From an uncultured bacterium (GTDB lineage Bacteria; Actinomycetota; Thermoleophilia; Solirubrobacterales; Solirubrobacteraceae), in the NCBI GenBank assembly GCA_963768005.1, contig CAVYGD010000002.1, forward strand, positions 151,350-215,349: 64,000 bases of DNA, written 5' to 3'. Under the pieces are notes generated by a model that was given only the letters and a program-made list of their open reading frames with translations, had not been told where the DNA came from and searched no databases. Shown here piece after piece: positions 44,166-57,392 of this stretch (within the stretch, counting starts at the first letter, position 1; each line of letters opens with the position of its first letter). The position numbers were made by a program, and so were the translations under genes.

Positions 44166-45497
44166 CTAGTCTTCCGGCACGGGCGTCGGTTCGAGTGCGG
44201 GTAGGCTCGTCGCGGGCGCGACGCTGACGCTGAAGGGCGTCGAGGCGGCTCCGAGGTTGTAGGGGCCGCCCGGGATATAGACGCGGTAGTCCTTCACGCC
44301 GGCCGATTGAAGCTGGTGGGCGAAGAGGTACGCCGAGCCCGCGTTGACGTAGGTCACTTGGATCGTCTGGTAGTGGCCTGCGGCGTCGCGCAGCTGCAGG
44401 TAGACGATGTGTCCGACGTGCGCTGGCACGACGAGGCCGGAGATCGTGATCACTTGCCCGACCGTCCCGCGGCTCGCGCTCGCGAGCGCGCTGATCGTGT
44501 CGTGGACGCCCTCGAACACCGGCGCGCTTTCATCGCCGCCCGCTTTGACCTTGTAGGCGGTGTTGTGCGTGGGCACTTGCACGAACGAGAAGCTGCCGTC
44601 GGTCGCGGTTGTGGTGCTCGCGACGGGTACGTAGGAGAGCCCGGGCCCACGCGCATAGAGCGTCACGGGTGCGGCGGCGATTGGGCCGCTCTTCGGCGTG
44701 ATGAGCTTGCCGTGGAGCGTGACCGGTTCGCCGACGACGATCGCGGGCGCCGATGGTTCGAGCGTGAGGCTCGGGTTCTCCGCTTGGACGATCGAGATTT
44801 CGAGCGCTTCGGAGAACGAGCGGATGTTGCGGGCGTCCGGAGGGAGCGTCACGCGGATCGTCGCTGCGCCGGCTTCGGAGGGGCGCAGGAAGCGATGGAC
44901 GATCGAGAACGTCCCGTTCGCTTCGATGACGCCGCTGCCGATGCGATGCCAGACGTTGCCGTTTTCGCCCGTTTGGCGCTCGAGCACGACGCGCTCGCCG
45001 GCGTGTCGCGGCGAGACGGTGCCGCTGAACGTGATGGACTGGCCGGTTTCGACGCTGCTCACGGAGGCAGCGAGCGTGAGCACCGCGAAGACCTTCTCGT
45101 GTGTAATCGGCGAGCGCGCGAGGAAGCGGCCGCCGGGCCCGCGCGCGACGATGTACCACTCGCGGTTGGAGACGACGACGCCTTCGGCGCGATTGATCTC
45201 GTAGAAGCCGCCGGCGCCCGACCGCGTCCGCTGGATCGGCGAGAAGAAGGGCACGGGATTGACACGGTGGTAGAGCACGAGGTGTACCCCTTCCACCGGT
45301 AGGCCACGGCTGTTGGAGACCGTGCCGACCATCGTGAGCGGGTCGCCGCTCACATCCGGGTTTGGAGCGACCGCGAGCGAGACGTGGTACCCCCTTGCTG
45401 CGTTCGCGCCGGCGGGGCCGAGCGCGGCGAGCATGATAGCGCCGAGCACTACTCCCCCGAGGGCACTCCTGAGCATCTTTGTTGCAGTTACTTGCAC
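44166..45497 (-). CDS. Secreted protein with about four Ig-like beta-sandwich domains
   Basis: Signal peptide ending AGANA; repeated G..IT.SG.V.P.H.G..V.L units. Confidence 0.8.
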   Translation of the reverse strand: MQVTATKMLRSALGGVVLGAIMLAALGPAGANAARGYHVSLAVAPNPDVSGDPLTMVGTVSNSRGLPVEGVHLVLYHRVNPVPFFSPIQRTRSGAGGFYEINRAEGVVVSNREWYIVARGPGGRFLARSPITHEKVFAVLTLAASVSSVETGQSITFSGTVSPRHAGERVVLERQTGENGNVWHRIGSGVIEANGTFSIVHRFLRPSEAGAATIRVTLPPDARNIRSFSEALEISIVQAENPSLTLEPSAPAIVVGEPVTLHGKLITPKSGPIAAAPVTLYARGPGLSYVPVASTTTATDGSFSFVQVPTHNTAYKVKAGGDESAPVFEGVHDTISALASASRGTVGQVITISGLVVPAHVGHIVYLQLRDAAGHYQTIQVTYVNAGSAYLFAHQLQSAGVKDYRVYIPGGPYNLGAASTPFSVSVAPATSLPALEPTPVPED

Positions 45498-45739
45498 ATC
45501 ACACCGCCTTTCGTAGCGACATTTGCTGACGACTCGCGGGCCCGCTGAAGCGACCCGCTGGCGCCCCACCTAACCCGCGTGCAGAGGCGGAGTTGTGATT
45601 GCGCATGTTTAGGGCACGTTTGCGTAGCTTTAGCGCCGCATCCGCGCGCCCTTCGGCGGGGTCCCCGGCGACCCCGCGGCGCGGGCCTCACGCCCGCTCG
45701 CTAAAGGCCTCGACCGTGCGCCTAGCGAGGGGCGATCGG

Positions 45740-45769
45740 CTAAAGCCGCGCGGTGCTCGATGTCGAAGC
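45740..45769 (+). promoter_or_regulatory. sigma28/WhiG-like promoter candidate for the pilin cluster
   Basis: CTAAA-N17-GTCGAAGC; spacer longer than consensus. Confidence 0.4.
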
Positions 45770-45822
45770 TTCAAACGAGGACGCGGCCGAGCATTTTCGG
45801 CGGCGAGCCTCAGCGTGGCGCC

Positions 45823-47385
45823 ATGGAGAACGCACCTGAGTCAAGGCAAGGGGACACACCCAAGGGCCTCCGCTTCGCGCCCTGGGCGAGGCGCCGCCTC
45901 GCACGCGCGATGAGCGAGCAGTCGGGCTCGACCCTGATCGAAGTCCTCGTCAGCAGCATGATGATCGGCGTAATCGTCGTCGGTACGTTCAACGGGCTCG
46001 ACGCGAGCAACCGCGTCGCCGCGCTCGGCCGTTCGCGATCCCAGGCACAGGCGCTCGCGGAACAAGACGAGGAGCGCTTGCGCGGCGAACCGATCGCTGA
46101 TCTGCGCGCACTCGAAGAAGCGGGCGGGCGGACGAAGACGGTCGAAGAGAACGGCGCGAAGTACATCGTCTTCTCGTCCGCGAAGCTCAAGAACGAATCG
46201 GGCACCTCGAGCTGCGAAGGCGGAACTCCGCAGGCGAGCATCTACAGGACCGAATCGAAGGTCTCGTGGACCTATCCGCGCAACGGTAGCGTCGTGCAGA
46301 CGAGCGAGATCACGCCCCCGCCGGGGCCCTCGCTCGTCGTGCAGGTCGACGGCGCGAGCGGGTCGGGCGTCGAAGGCATGGAAGTGACCGTGAAGGGGCC
46401 TGTCGAAGGCGCCGAAGACGTCTTCACCGGCAAGACGACCGAAAACGGGTGTGCGCTCTTCGCCGAATTGCCGGAAGGCGGCAAGTACAAGGTCAACGTC
46501 CACCGCAGCGGCTACGTCGACCAGAACTGGTTCGAAAACTCCAACGAAGACAAGCACTCGCAGGAAATCTGGACGGTGGTCGATGGCGTCACCACGAAGG
46601 CGCCCTACGAATTCGAAAAATCCGGCTCGCTGACGCTCAAGCTCGAAACCTCGAAGTCGCAGCTCACCGCACTCGGCTTCTCCGCGGGCACGACCGAATG
46701 GCCCGGACAGTCGATCAATGCGGTGGCGCAGAACTCCTCGCGCATGCAGGTGCCGTACAAAGAACTCCGCGTGAACAAGAACGGCCCTGTGAGCACCGAA
46801 ATCACCTCCTCTGAACAGGCCGGCGTGTTTCCGTTCTCTCCCACGGCGTACGTCGCTTGGGCGGGCACATGCCCCTCCGCCAAGCCCTCGCTCTACGGCG
46901 GCACGAACCTCGAACCGGTGGTCAAGCCGAGCGAAACGACGACCGTGACCCAGCAGCTCCCCGGCCTGCGGATCCTTGTCTACAACAAGAAGAAGAGCAC
47001 GGCTGAACCGGAAGAAACGGAACTCAAGCACCAGATCGAACACCACGAAACGATCACCAAGCACCCGTACTACGAAACCGAAGCGCCGAAGGTCTACATC
47101 ACCGAAAAGCAATCGGGCGAAGGTTGCGAAGAACACAAGTTCAAGCCGTCGACGCTGCCCGCGACCGTGAACGGGACGGAAGAAAAGCCGAGCCCAGAAC
47201 GCGGGTCGCTTGTGTACCCGTCCTTGCCGTACGGCAAGTACAAGACGTTCTGCCTCGAAGTCTCCGGCAAGCATTACACCTACACCCCCGGGACCGAACT
47301 CGAACTCAAGAGCCTGACGACGACCACCGAAATCCCCACTGTAAAGCTCGACAAGGAAGAAGCGACGACGGCCGGGAGCTGCTGA
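45823..47385 (+). CDS. Large type IV minor pilin (PilV-like) with extra beta-sandwich domains
   Basis: Class III signal EQSG/STLIEVLVSS with E5. Confidence 0.82.
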   Translation: MENAPESRQGDTPKGLRFAPWARRRLARAMSEQSGSTLIEVLVSSMMIGVIVVGTFNGLDASNRVAALGRSRSQAQALAEQDEERLRGEPIADLRALEEAGGRTKTVEENGAKYIVFSSAKLKNESGTSSCEGGTPQASIYRTESKVSWTYPRNGSVVQTSEITPPPGPSLVVQVDGASGSGVEGMEVTVKGPVEGAEDVFTGKTTENGCALFAELPEGGKYKVNVHRSGYVDQNWFENSNEDKHSQEIWTVVDGVTTKAPYEFEKSGSLTLKLETSKSQLTALGFSAGTTEWPGQSINAVAQNSSRMQVPYKELRVNKNGPVSTEITSSEQAGVFPFSPTAYVAWAGTCPSAKPSLYGGTNLEPVVKPSETTTVTQQLPGLRILVYNKKKSTAEPEETELKHQIEHHETITKHPYYETEAPKVYITEKQSGEGCEEHKFKPSTLPATVNGTEEKPSPERGSLVYPSLPYGKYKTFCLEVSGKHYTYTPGTELELKSLTTTTEIPTVKLDKEEATTAGSC

Positions 47386-47386
47386 G

Positions 47387-48144
47387 ATGGTACTCAAGTC
47401 CGAGCATGGCTTCACACTCATCGAGCTGATAATCGCATCCGCGATGGGCATCATCGTGAGCTTCGTCGCGTTTACGCTGCTGCTCTTCACCCAGAACGAC
47501 ACGCGGCGGATCAGCGAACAGATACACATCGACCAGACGGCGCGCGTGTCGCTCGAGAACCTGATGCTCGAGCTGCACTCCGGCTGCGTCGTCAAGGAAG
47601 AGCCTCCCGTACAGAAGGGGAGCACCACGACGAAGATCAAGTTCATCTCCGAACACGGCCAGGAAGCGGCCTTTACGACGATCAAGCTTCATGAAGTGAC
47701 GTACACCGCGAGCACGCACAAGCTGACTGAAGTCTCGTACAAGAGCAAGACGGGGAGCACCTATGGCGACTGGGAATTCGAAACGACGCCATCCAAGGAA
47801 GTAACGCTCGCGACGCATGTCGAACCGACGATCTCGGGCGGCAAGGAAGTGCCGATCTTCCGTTACTACCAGTACTACCAGGAAAACCCGAGCACGCACC
47901 TCAACGAACACCCCGGCGAACTCGAACCCGAAGTGAATCCGCTGAAGGGCGCTACCGGCGGGAGCGGGCTGAGCGAAGAAGAAGCCGAAAACGTCTCGAA
48001 GGTGACGGTCGGCTTCAGCCTCGCGGCCGAACGCACGCTCGGCCTCCTGATACCGAAGGCGACGCAGCTTGAAGACTCCGCGATCTACCGGCTCACTCCC
48101 ACGTCCACCCTCAGAAACGGCGGCTACCAGAACCATGCGCATGA
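47387..48144 (+). CDS. Type IV minor pilin (PilW-like); 3' end frameshifted
   Basis: EHG/FTLIELIIAS; likely true end ...PEPCA* overlapping the next ATG. Confidence 0.82.
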
Positions 48145-49947
48145 GACCCCTCTCCTCCCTGCTCGCGACCCTCGTGCGGCGCACGCGCTCCGAGGACGGT
48201 TTTACGATGATCGTCGTCCTCGGCACGCTGTTCGTCCTCTCTGCGTTGATGGGCGCGGCCTTCATCGCCTCGCTCGGCGAGGTGGACGCCTCGAGCACCG
48301 CGACGAACCAAAAGCGTGCCTACTACGCGGCGCTCGCCGGCATCGACGACTACGCCTACCACCTGACCGAGGACGGCAACTACCTCGACTACTGCACCGA
48401 ACCGCCCTCGCCAACCCGGCGCTCAATCAGGAAAAGTCCGCCGCGGGCACCGAACCACTCGAAGGCCGCGGAACTCGCAAGGCCCACCGAACGGCGAAGG
48501 CGAGGAATACGCGATCCAACTGCTGATCCCGGAAAGCGGGAAGGAGGAAGGAAAGCGAAGTGCACGAAGGAAAAGAAAATCGTGCAGGAGATGATCGAAC
48601 GCAAGGAAAGCAACATTCCCGCGCTGGGAAGCATTCCGCATCGAGTCGACCGGCTACGCAAAGGGCGACGGGCACATCTTCGAACGCTCGATCGTCGCGA
48701 CGTTCAAGAACAACGGCTTCGTCAGCTTCGTCTACTACACGGCGTTCGAGACATCCGGACCCGGTCACGTACACGAACACCGCGCACACACCAGCCGAAT
48801 ACCAGAAGTGTCGCGCACTTTACCCGGAACGGATCAAGCTGCGGCTAACCTGCAACAACATTTTCTTCCTAAGCGTGGACGACGTCAAGGGCCCGGTCCA
48901 CTCGAGCGACCATGTCGGCATCTGCGAAACGCCGAAGTTCGGCCGCAACAAGCGCGACAACATCGAATTCGGCACGAAGGCTACAACGAAGGGACGTGAA
49001 AAGGCTACTCGAACGAGGGCAGGGCTGCTCGGTGCGGCTCGGCGGAACATATTCATCGGCAAGAAGGTGCCGGTGGCGGAAGTGCGCTCGATACAGCCGC
49101 CGCCGAACGACGAAGAACTGGAATCGATAACCGAAGAAGAAAGCGGCGAACCGTACCACTTCAAGGGCCGCACGGAAGTGACCTTCGAAGAAGCCACTGG
49201 CAAGATCATCATCCAGAACGCGCACATCACGACCTCGGTGCACGGCATCGAACACAGCGAGGAAGTCGGATACCCGAGCAAGGGCGTGATCTTCGCATCG
49301 AACGAAAGCGAAGAAGCGTGCGGCGAAAACTACACCCCCTACGGCTCCAGCTACACGGAAGACACCGCGTGCGGTGACGTCTACGTCAAGGGCGGCTACT
49401 CGAAGGCGCTCACGATCGGCGCCCAGAACAACATCATCATCCAAGGGAGCATCACAACGTCGCTGACGCGGGAGCGCGACTGCTCGGCCTCGTCGGCGAA
49501 CAACTTCGTCCGGGTCATGCACAGGGTGGGCTATCAGCAACGCCGCGACCCATACCAGCCACGGCTACACGTGCGACACCAACGACACGCTCGTCGGGCA
49601 CGACCTGCAAGTACAAGAACAACGAAACCGAATGCGACGCACCCGAAGAAGGGACCCAGCTGGGGACGATCACGATCGACGCCGCGATGCTCGCTGTGAA
49701 GGGCTCGTTCATCGTCGACAACTACGGTTGCGGCAGCGCGCAGGGCGGAAACTCAAGCTGCACGGCGCGATCGCGCAGATATTCCGCGGACCCGTGGGGG
49801 AGTTCTCCGGCAGCACAGTCGTGCACGGCTACGCGAAGAACTACGAATACGACGAACGCCTGCGCGCCGGCCGAGCCGCCCCACTTCCTGAACCCCGTCC
49901 AGGCGGCTTGGGAAATCGTGCGCGAGACGCTCTCGAGCCCGCCGTAG
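48141..49947 (+). CDS. Type IV minor pilin (PilX-like), multiple frameshifts
   Basis: EDG/FTMIVVL lacking E5, AYYAA.AGI, GPVHS.D, GAIAQ.FRGPV, GYAKNYEYD.RL, PPHF. Confidence 0.78.
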
Positions 49948-50016
49948 GCCGGCGCCTCAGTGGGACGCGATGCGCGCCGCTGCGCACGGCGCGTCCGCTC
50001 TAAGCTCTGCTGCGGG

Positions 50017-51675
<1,659 letters not shown>

Positions 51676-51943
51676 AGCGCCGCTCGGCGCCGGTCCCGTA
51701 CGACATCCAGGCGGCAGCGCGCGCACGCGAGACATGAGCCTATCGTGCTGGCTGTCGTTCGCGTGCGCGCAACTTCACCACCGTCGCGATGCATCGCCCG
51801 CGCGTCTCCTCCTGATCGCCGGTCGGCGAGCCTTGCCGTCACTCTCCTTCGCATCAACTATTCCATTTGTGACTGCTCTGTCAAGGGCGACTCGTGACCT
51901 TTTCGTGACTGCGGGAACGGATCTGCGGCCGTAGTGCGTGGCA

Positions 51944-53457
51944 CTACAACGGCGGCCTCACCGACGCCAACGACGCCAAGGTGACGCTCGGGATCGTTGA
52001 TCGCTCAGACGACGGTGTGCCGAGCGTCGCTGCCGCCGGTCCGGCCTGTACGCGCCGAGTGCGGTTGGCGCGGAGCGAGGCTCTTGCTGCTTGCCCTCGC
52101 GCGCGATGCGCGTCGGCGACCTCGTCGAGCGTCTCGAGGAAGGCGTCGAGGACCCGCGGATCGAGCTGCGTTCCCGAGACCCGCCGCATCTCGGCGATCG
52201 CGTCGTCGACGGGCCAGGCCCTCTTGTAGGGACGATCGTTGACGAGCGCGTCGAAGACGTCGGCGACCGCGACGACGCGGCCGACGAGCGGGATTTCCTC
52301 GCCCGCGATCGCGCGCGGGTAACCGCTTGCCGTCGAAGCGCTCGTGATGCGTCGCCGCGATCACAGCGGCCATTTGCAGCACGGGCGAGCTGCATCCCGA
52401 AAGCAGGTCGGCGCCGAGCGCCGCGTGTGTCTTCATTAGGTCCCACTCCGCCGCGCTCAGGCGGCCCGGCTTGAGCAGGATGCGGTCGGGGATCGCGAGC
52501 TTGCCGACGTCGTGGAGCGGCGCCGCCTCGCGCAGGAGCTCGACCTGTGCCTCGGCCATCCCGAGCGTGTGCGGCGATCTGGGCGGCCATCGCGCCGACG
52601 CGGCCGGCGTGCTCGAAGCTCTCATCGTCGCGGTACTCCGCCGCGATCGCGAGGCGCTGCAGCGTCTCCGTGCGGGCGTCGTCGAGCTCACGCGTTCGCT
52701 CGGCCACTCGCGCTTCGAGCCAGCGCGCGTTGTCCGCGAGCTGCTGCTCGGCGTCGTACTTGGCGCTGATGTCGCGCCCGACTACGTGGATGACGCCCTC
52801 GACTTGCGACGCCGACGCGCTCCATTCGAGCCACTTGTAGCTTCCGTCGGCTGCGCGGCAGCGATTGCGAAACCCGACGGTGTCGTGGGAGCCCTGCGCA
52901 AGCGCGGCGGCCTCGGCCATCGTCGAGTCTCGATCGTCGGGGTGCACGATCTGGATGAAGGGGCGCGCGTACATCGTCTCGGTGGAATGCCCGAGCGTTC
53001 GTCCCCACGCGCTGTTGACGCGCGTAAACATGCCGCGCACGTTGACCGTCCCGAGCAGATCGAGCGAGGCATCGTAGTGGCGAAGGATCTCGGTTTCTAG
53101 ACGCCGGCGGTGGTCGACGAAACTGCCGGAGAGGGCTCCGAGGACGAGGAAGGCGACAGCGCGGCCGAGATAGCCGGCGAGGTTGAGGTCGATGCGGTCG
53201 AGCCACCCCCACGCGAGCACAAGGATGCAGGCGAGGAACGCCCCACCGAGCCCGCCACGGAGCCCGAAGCGCAGGGCGAGCAGGGCGATCGGTATGACGA
53301 ACAGCGTCGCCTCGCCGTCCTTGACGTTCGGGTCCGCTACGCGCAGTGCGAAGAAGCCGGCAAAGAGGACGAGTGCAAGCAGGAGTGTCGGGGTGCTGCC
53401 GAGCGTCGGCCACTTGCGCAGGGGACGGGCAGGCAGCACCTGGGGGCGTGCGGCCAT
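51944..53457 (-). CDS. Membrane PAS plus HD-GYP phosphodiesterase, frameshifted
   Basis: Four TM segments; PAS (VNSAW..TLG, VHPDD, DGSYKWLEW); AAEYRD, LHDVGK, HHERFDG, GTQLDP. Confidence 0.88.
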
Positions 53458-53807
53458 GGCTTTCTCATCGGATGTCCACGCCCCCCACCGGCGACGAGCG
53501 CCTACGAATGGACCAATGTACCGGCGCCTCGCAGGGCCGCGCTGCGGGCGGCGCGTTCGAGGTCGCGGGTCCGACCGCGATCGCTCCGTGGCGCACTTAG
53601 TCCTCGATACGCACGATGTGCGGATCGCGACGGCGAGCACCGTCACCGCGTACGGTTCGAGGGGCGTGCTGGCCAAGGGCAAAGCGATATCCGCGACCGC
53701 GAGTACTTCCACGCGCCGGCGGCGCTTCGCCCGGAGCCTCGCGCCACGCCGGCTGGACAGGCGGCATCGCCGAGTTGATCCGCGGCGGGAGAACAGGAGG
53801 CTCTGAG

Positions 53808-55238
53808 TTGGCCAAGGCCCAAGATGGCGCGGCGCAGGCCGGGGCGCTCGTGCTGTTCGGCGCGACCGGCGATCTCGCCCACAAGATGATCTTTCCCGCG
53901 CTCTACGCGATGGCGAAGCGAGGCGCCTTGTCCGTCCCGGTGATCGGCGTCGCCCACTCGGAGTGGGACCTTAAGCAGCTCCGCGCGCGCGTGCGCGACA
54001 GCATTGGGCAGGACGACGGCGGGATCGACGACGAGGCCGCGCTCGACCGGCTGACTGCTCTGCTTGGTTACGTCGACGGCGACTACAACGACGCTGGGAC
54101 GTTCACGGCACTCAAGCAAGCGCTCGGCGACGCACGGCGCCCCGCTCACTACCTCGCCATCCCGCCGGCGTTGTTCGAGACCGTCATCGAGGGGCTCGGT
54201 TCCGCGGGTCTAGCAGGAGGCGCGCGCGTGATCGTCGAGAAGCCGTTCGGGCGCGACCTCGCCTCGGCGAGAGACCTAAACCGTGTCGCGCGATCCGTGT
54301 TTCCTGAAGATTCGATCTTCCGCATCGATCACTTCCTCGGCAAGGAAACGATCATGAACCTCCTCTACTTTCGCTTCGCCAACTCGTTCCTCGAGCCGAT
54401 CTGGAACCGCAACTACGTGGCCAGCGTCCAGATCACGCTCGCAGAGAGCTTTGGTGTGGAGGGCCGCGGCGCGTTCTACGAGACCGCGGGATGCCTGCGC
54501 GACGTGGTCGAGAATCACCTCTTTCAGGTGGTCGCGCTGCTTGCCATGGAGCCGCCGACCTCCAGGGACTTCGGATCCCTGCAGAGTGAGAAGCTCGACG
54601 TCTTCAAGGCCATGCGGCCGTTGACCCCTTCCGAGCTCGTGCGCGGCCAGTTCGTCGGCTACCGAAACGAGCCCGGCGTGGCTCCGGACTCCGATGTCGA
54701 GACCTTCTGCGCGCTGCGGCTCTTTGTCGACTCGTGGCGCTGGGCGGGGGTACCGTGGTACCTACGCTCCGGCAAGTGCCTGCCCGAGACGGCGACCGAG
54801 GTGCTCGTCCAGCTCAAGCCGCCGCCGCAGCAGCTTTTCGCCGACTCCTCGCCGGCACGCGGCGCGGCCAACTATCTGCGTTTCCGGCTCTCCCCAGACG
54901 CCGCCATCGCTATCGCCGCACGCGTCAAACGCCCGAGCGAGGAATTCATCGGCGAACGGCGCGAGCTTCTTCTACTCGACAGCCAGCCAAACGAGGAGAC
55001 GCCCTACGAGCGGCTGCTCGGCGATGCGATGGCCGGTGACGGCGCGCTCTTCACGCGGGAGGACGCGGTCGAGGCTGCCTGGGAGGTCGTGGACCCCGTC
55101 CTCGTGAACCACCATCGGGCGCACCCCTACAAGCCGGGCACTTGGGGGCCTACGCAGGCCGAGGAGCTCATCGCCACCGACGGTCGCTGGCATAACCCCT
55201 TGCTAGCGACCACGGCGTCGAGCGGCGCGGCACCCTGA
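53808..55238 (+). CDS. zwf: Glucose-6-phosphate 1-dehydrogenase
   Basis: [39 protein letters not shown]; AGGAGG RBS before TTG. Confidence 0.95.
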   Translation: MAKAQDGAAQAGALVLFGATGDLAHKMIFPALYAMAKRGALSVPVIGVAHSEWDLKQLRARVRDSIGQDDGGIDDEAALDRLTALLGYVDGDYNDAGTFTALKQALGDARRPAHYLAIPPALFETVIEGLGSAGLAGGARVIVEKPFGRDLASARDLNRVARSVFPEDSIFRIDHFLGKETIMNLLYFRFANSFLEPIWNRNYVASVQITLAESFGVEGRGAFYETAGCLRDVVENHLFQVVALLAMEPPTSRDFGSLQSEKLDVFKAMRPLTPSELVRGQFVGYRNEPGVAPDSDVETFCALRLFVDSWRWAGVPWYLRSGKCLPETATEVLVQLKPPPQQLFADSSPARGAANYLRFRLSPDAAIAIAARVKRPSEEFIGERRELLLLDSQPNEETPYERLLGDAMAGDGALFTREDAVEAAWEVVDPVLVNHHRAHPYKPGTWGPTQAEELIATDGRWHNPLLATTASSGAAP

Positions 55239-55417
55239 TCGATGACCCGATACCGCCGACGATTGCTCTGGGGGATCGACGTGATGTCTATGAGCACAGA
55301 GGAAGCCGGTGCGATCGAGCGCGGCCGGGTGCGCTCAGCCTCGGCTATGCGGCGGATGCGCTCGCGATGGTTGGGCTCATCAGAGCCCGACCTCGCCCTA
55401 AGCGTGCCTGCCGCCGC

Positions 55418-55801
55418 TCATGACGGACGCGGTGCGCGTGTGCGCCAGCGAAACAGCGCGGTAATCAGGACCCCCAACAGCCATCCGAGAATCGCCGCGA
55501 AGAGGACCAGCCACACCAGTGACGGCGACGAGCTGCCAAACATCCACTGGACCCGCACGTGGCGGGTGTTCGAGGCGGCGAATGCGACCACGTAAACGAG
55601 GACAGCAAGGGCTGCCAGCGCATAGGCGTACAGCCGGGTGCGGTGGGCGTGGCGACCCGAGCGCGCGCGGCGCGACTCGCCGTGATGGCGCGAGCGGGCG
55701 GGCGTCTGTGCCCCGACGGTTTCTGGCCGCGATGGCTCCGGCGCTTGCCCGCTGAGGCGTGTCGGCGCGAGGGTGGCCTCGGGTACCGACGAGTCAAGCA
55801 T
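55418..55801 (-). CDS. LapA/DUF1049-like small membrane protein
   Basis: VVAFAASNT..V.V.WMF and a second TM helix; start could be 55837. Confidence 0.7.
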   Translation of the reverse strand: MLDSSVPEATLAPTRLSGQAPEPSRPETVGAQTPARSRHHGESRRARSGRHAHRTRLYAYALAALAVLVYVVAFAASNTRHVRVQWMFGSSSPSLVWLVLFAAILGWLLGVLITALFRWRTRAPRPS

Positions 55802-56243
55802 CGTGGTGGCTGATTTGTGGGACATGAGTGGGGACATGAGTGACCTCCTTGAGTGGCTTTCGCGGCCGCGCGCGGCGCGCGGAACGGCTGTCGGCTTCGC
55901 GGGCCTTGCCGCTTGGCACTGCCGGCGGGGCCTGCGCGCCGGGAGCCGCGCCGTTCGTATCGCCGAGGAACGCGAGCAGGTCGCCAACCACCGCGACGCG
56001 GCCAACGCGGTCGGGAAGCGGAATAGCGGTTTGGACCGTGTAGCTGTTGCGCCGGCCGTTGCGCTCTCGCTTGACGTAGTTGCCGTCCGCGAGCTCGTCG
56101 ACGATCCGGTGGGCGGCCCGTTCCGTGATTCCCACCCGCTCGCTGATCTCCCTCAGACGCACGCCCGGATCGCGGGCAATGCAGATGAGAACGTGCGCGT
56201 GGTTCGTGAGGAACTTCCAACGGGGGGCGTCGTCACGAGACAT
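55794..56243 (-). CDS. Winged-helix transcriptional regulator
   Basis: WKFLTNHAHVL, RLREISERVGITERAA, RERNGRRNSY. Confidence 0.88.
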   Translation of the reverse strand: MSRDDAPRWKFLTNHAHVLICIARDPGVRLREISERVGITERAAHRIVDELADGNYVKRERNGRRNSYTVQTAIPLPDRVGRVAVVGDLLAFLGDTNGAAPGAQAPPAVPSGKAREADSRSARRARPRKPLKEVTHVPTHVPQISHHDA

Positions 56244-56500
56244 GTCCCAAAGAATAGCATCTCTAGATTTCGATTGCTTGAATCTGTTTTCATGCTATGT
56301 TGTTCGGGTCGGCGGTGTGGCTTAGGTTGTTGCCGCTGATGCGCTCAGGCGCACATCCACCGAAACGAGGCTCTCCATGCCCAGCTCAGTCATGTCCCCT
56401 CCCCCCGCCGGCAACGGCGTCGCGTCCCCGGTCTTCACCGAGCCCTTGCCCAACGGGAGTGCACCATGACCGGCAGCTATATCGCGCGCCGCGAAGGCCA

Positions 56501-57028
56501 TTGCTGGCAAAGCTGACCGGCCTGACCTCGATAGCCACGATCGCTGCGGCAGGCATGATCGTCGTAGGCGTCCTCGCTGTCGTCGGTGGTCAATATGACA
56601 GGCAGGTAGTTCACGACCAGCTCGCGCCGCAGAAGATCTTCTTCCCGAAGCCCGCGACAAACCGTGGCCTCGCGGCGTACGCAGGTCAGCAGGTGCTGAC
56701 CGGCAAGCAGGCAAAGCTGTACGCCCAGAAGCAGATCGGCGTTGACCTCACGAAGGTTGCGGGTGGCAAGACCTACTCTGAGGTCAGCGCTGAATGGATT
56801 GCCGGCGGTATGAAGAATGCGACGCTCGCAAGTGAGCGCACCACCCTCTTCAGCGGCGAGACGCTGAACGGCCTGCTGCTCAACGCGTGGGGCTGGTCGG
56901 TAATCGGCGGCATTGCCACGCTCGCCGGATTCATCCTCATTCTGCTCGGAGCGGTCCTCTTCCTACTCCCGCTCGCCAACTGGCAGGTCAACCTCAGACG
57001 CCGGCGCGCAATCGCGGCCAGCGCCTAA
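56501..57028 (+). CDS. Conserved actinobacterial membrane protein of unknown function
   Basis: TM, VHDQL..QKI.FP, YAGQQV, GGKTYSEVS, LF.GETL.GLLLNA, TM; start uncertain. Confidence 0.7.
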   Translation: MLAKLTGLTSIATIAAAGMIVVGVLAVVGGQYDRQVVHDQLAPQKIFFPKPATNRGLAAYAGQQVLTGKQAKLYAQKQIGVDLTKVAGGKTYSEVSAEWIAGGMKNATLASERTTLFSGETLNGLLLNAWGWSVIGGIATLAGFILILLGAVLFLLPLANWQVNLRRRRAIAASA

Positions 57029-57200
57029 GCGACAGGGTCGCGGGTGGCCACGTCTGTGGGGCGGCCTCACGTCAACGCGCAACCGGTCGACATGACAGCG
57101 ACTCGCGGCCGCCGGCCACGCCGGCGGCTCGGCGGGACGGCAGCTATCGCTCGCCCAAGCACCCCGCACCCCGATGCCTTTTGCAGGCAACTCGTTGAGG

Positions 57201-57284
57201 TGCGGGCGGAGGGACTCGAACCCCCAAGGCCGTAAGGCCACCGGCTCCTAAGGCCGGCGTGTCTGCCAGTTCCACCACGCCCGC
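57201..57284 (-). tRNA. tRNA-Leu(TAG)
   Basis: GCGGGCGTGGTGGAACTGGCAGACACG-CCGGC-CT-TAG-GA-GCCGG, variable arm, GGTTCGAGTCC. Confidence 0.96.
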
Positions 57285-57392
57285 GCATGCTCAAGCGCCA
57301 CGTCTCCTTGCGCCATCGGCCAACTCGTGGGGCCTGGCGCGCGTGAGCAGATCGCCTGCTGGGACCGGGGGACATTGTATGGTCATCTTGCG

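Noticed and set aside
45590-45720. Additional CTAAA motifs upstream of 45497 and at 45701
   Set aside because: No GCCGA-like -10 element at a suitable spacing
55819-55842. Tandem GGGACATGAGTG repeat as integrase arm sites
   Set aside because: Lies inside coding sequence 1.4 kb from the tRNA, with no integrase or att core nearby
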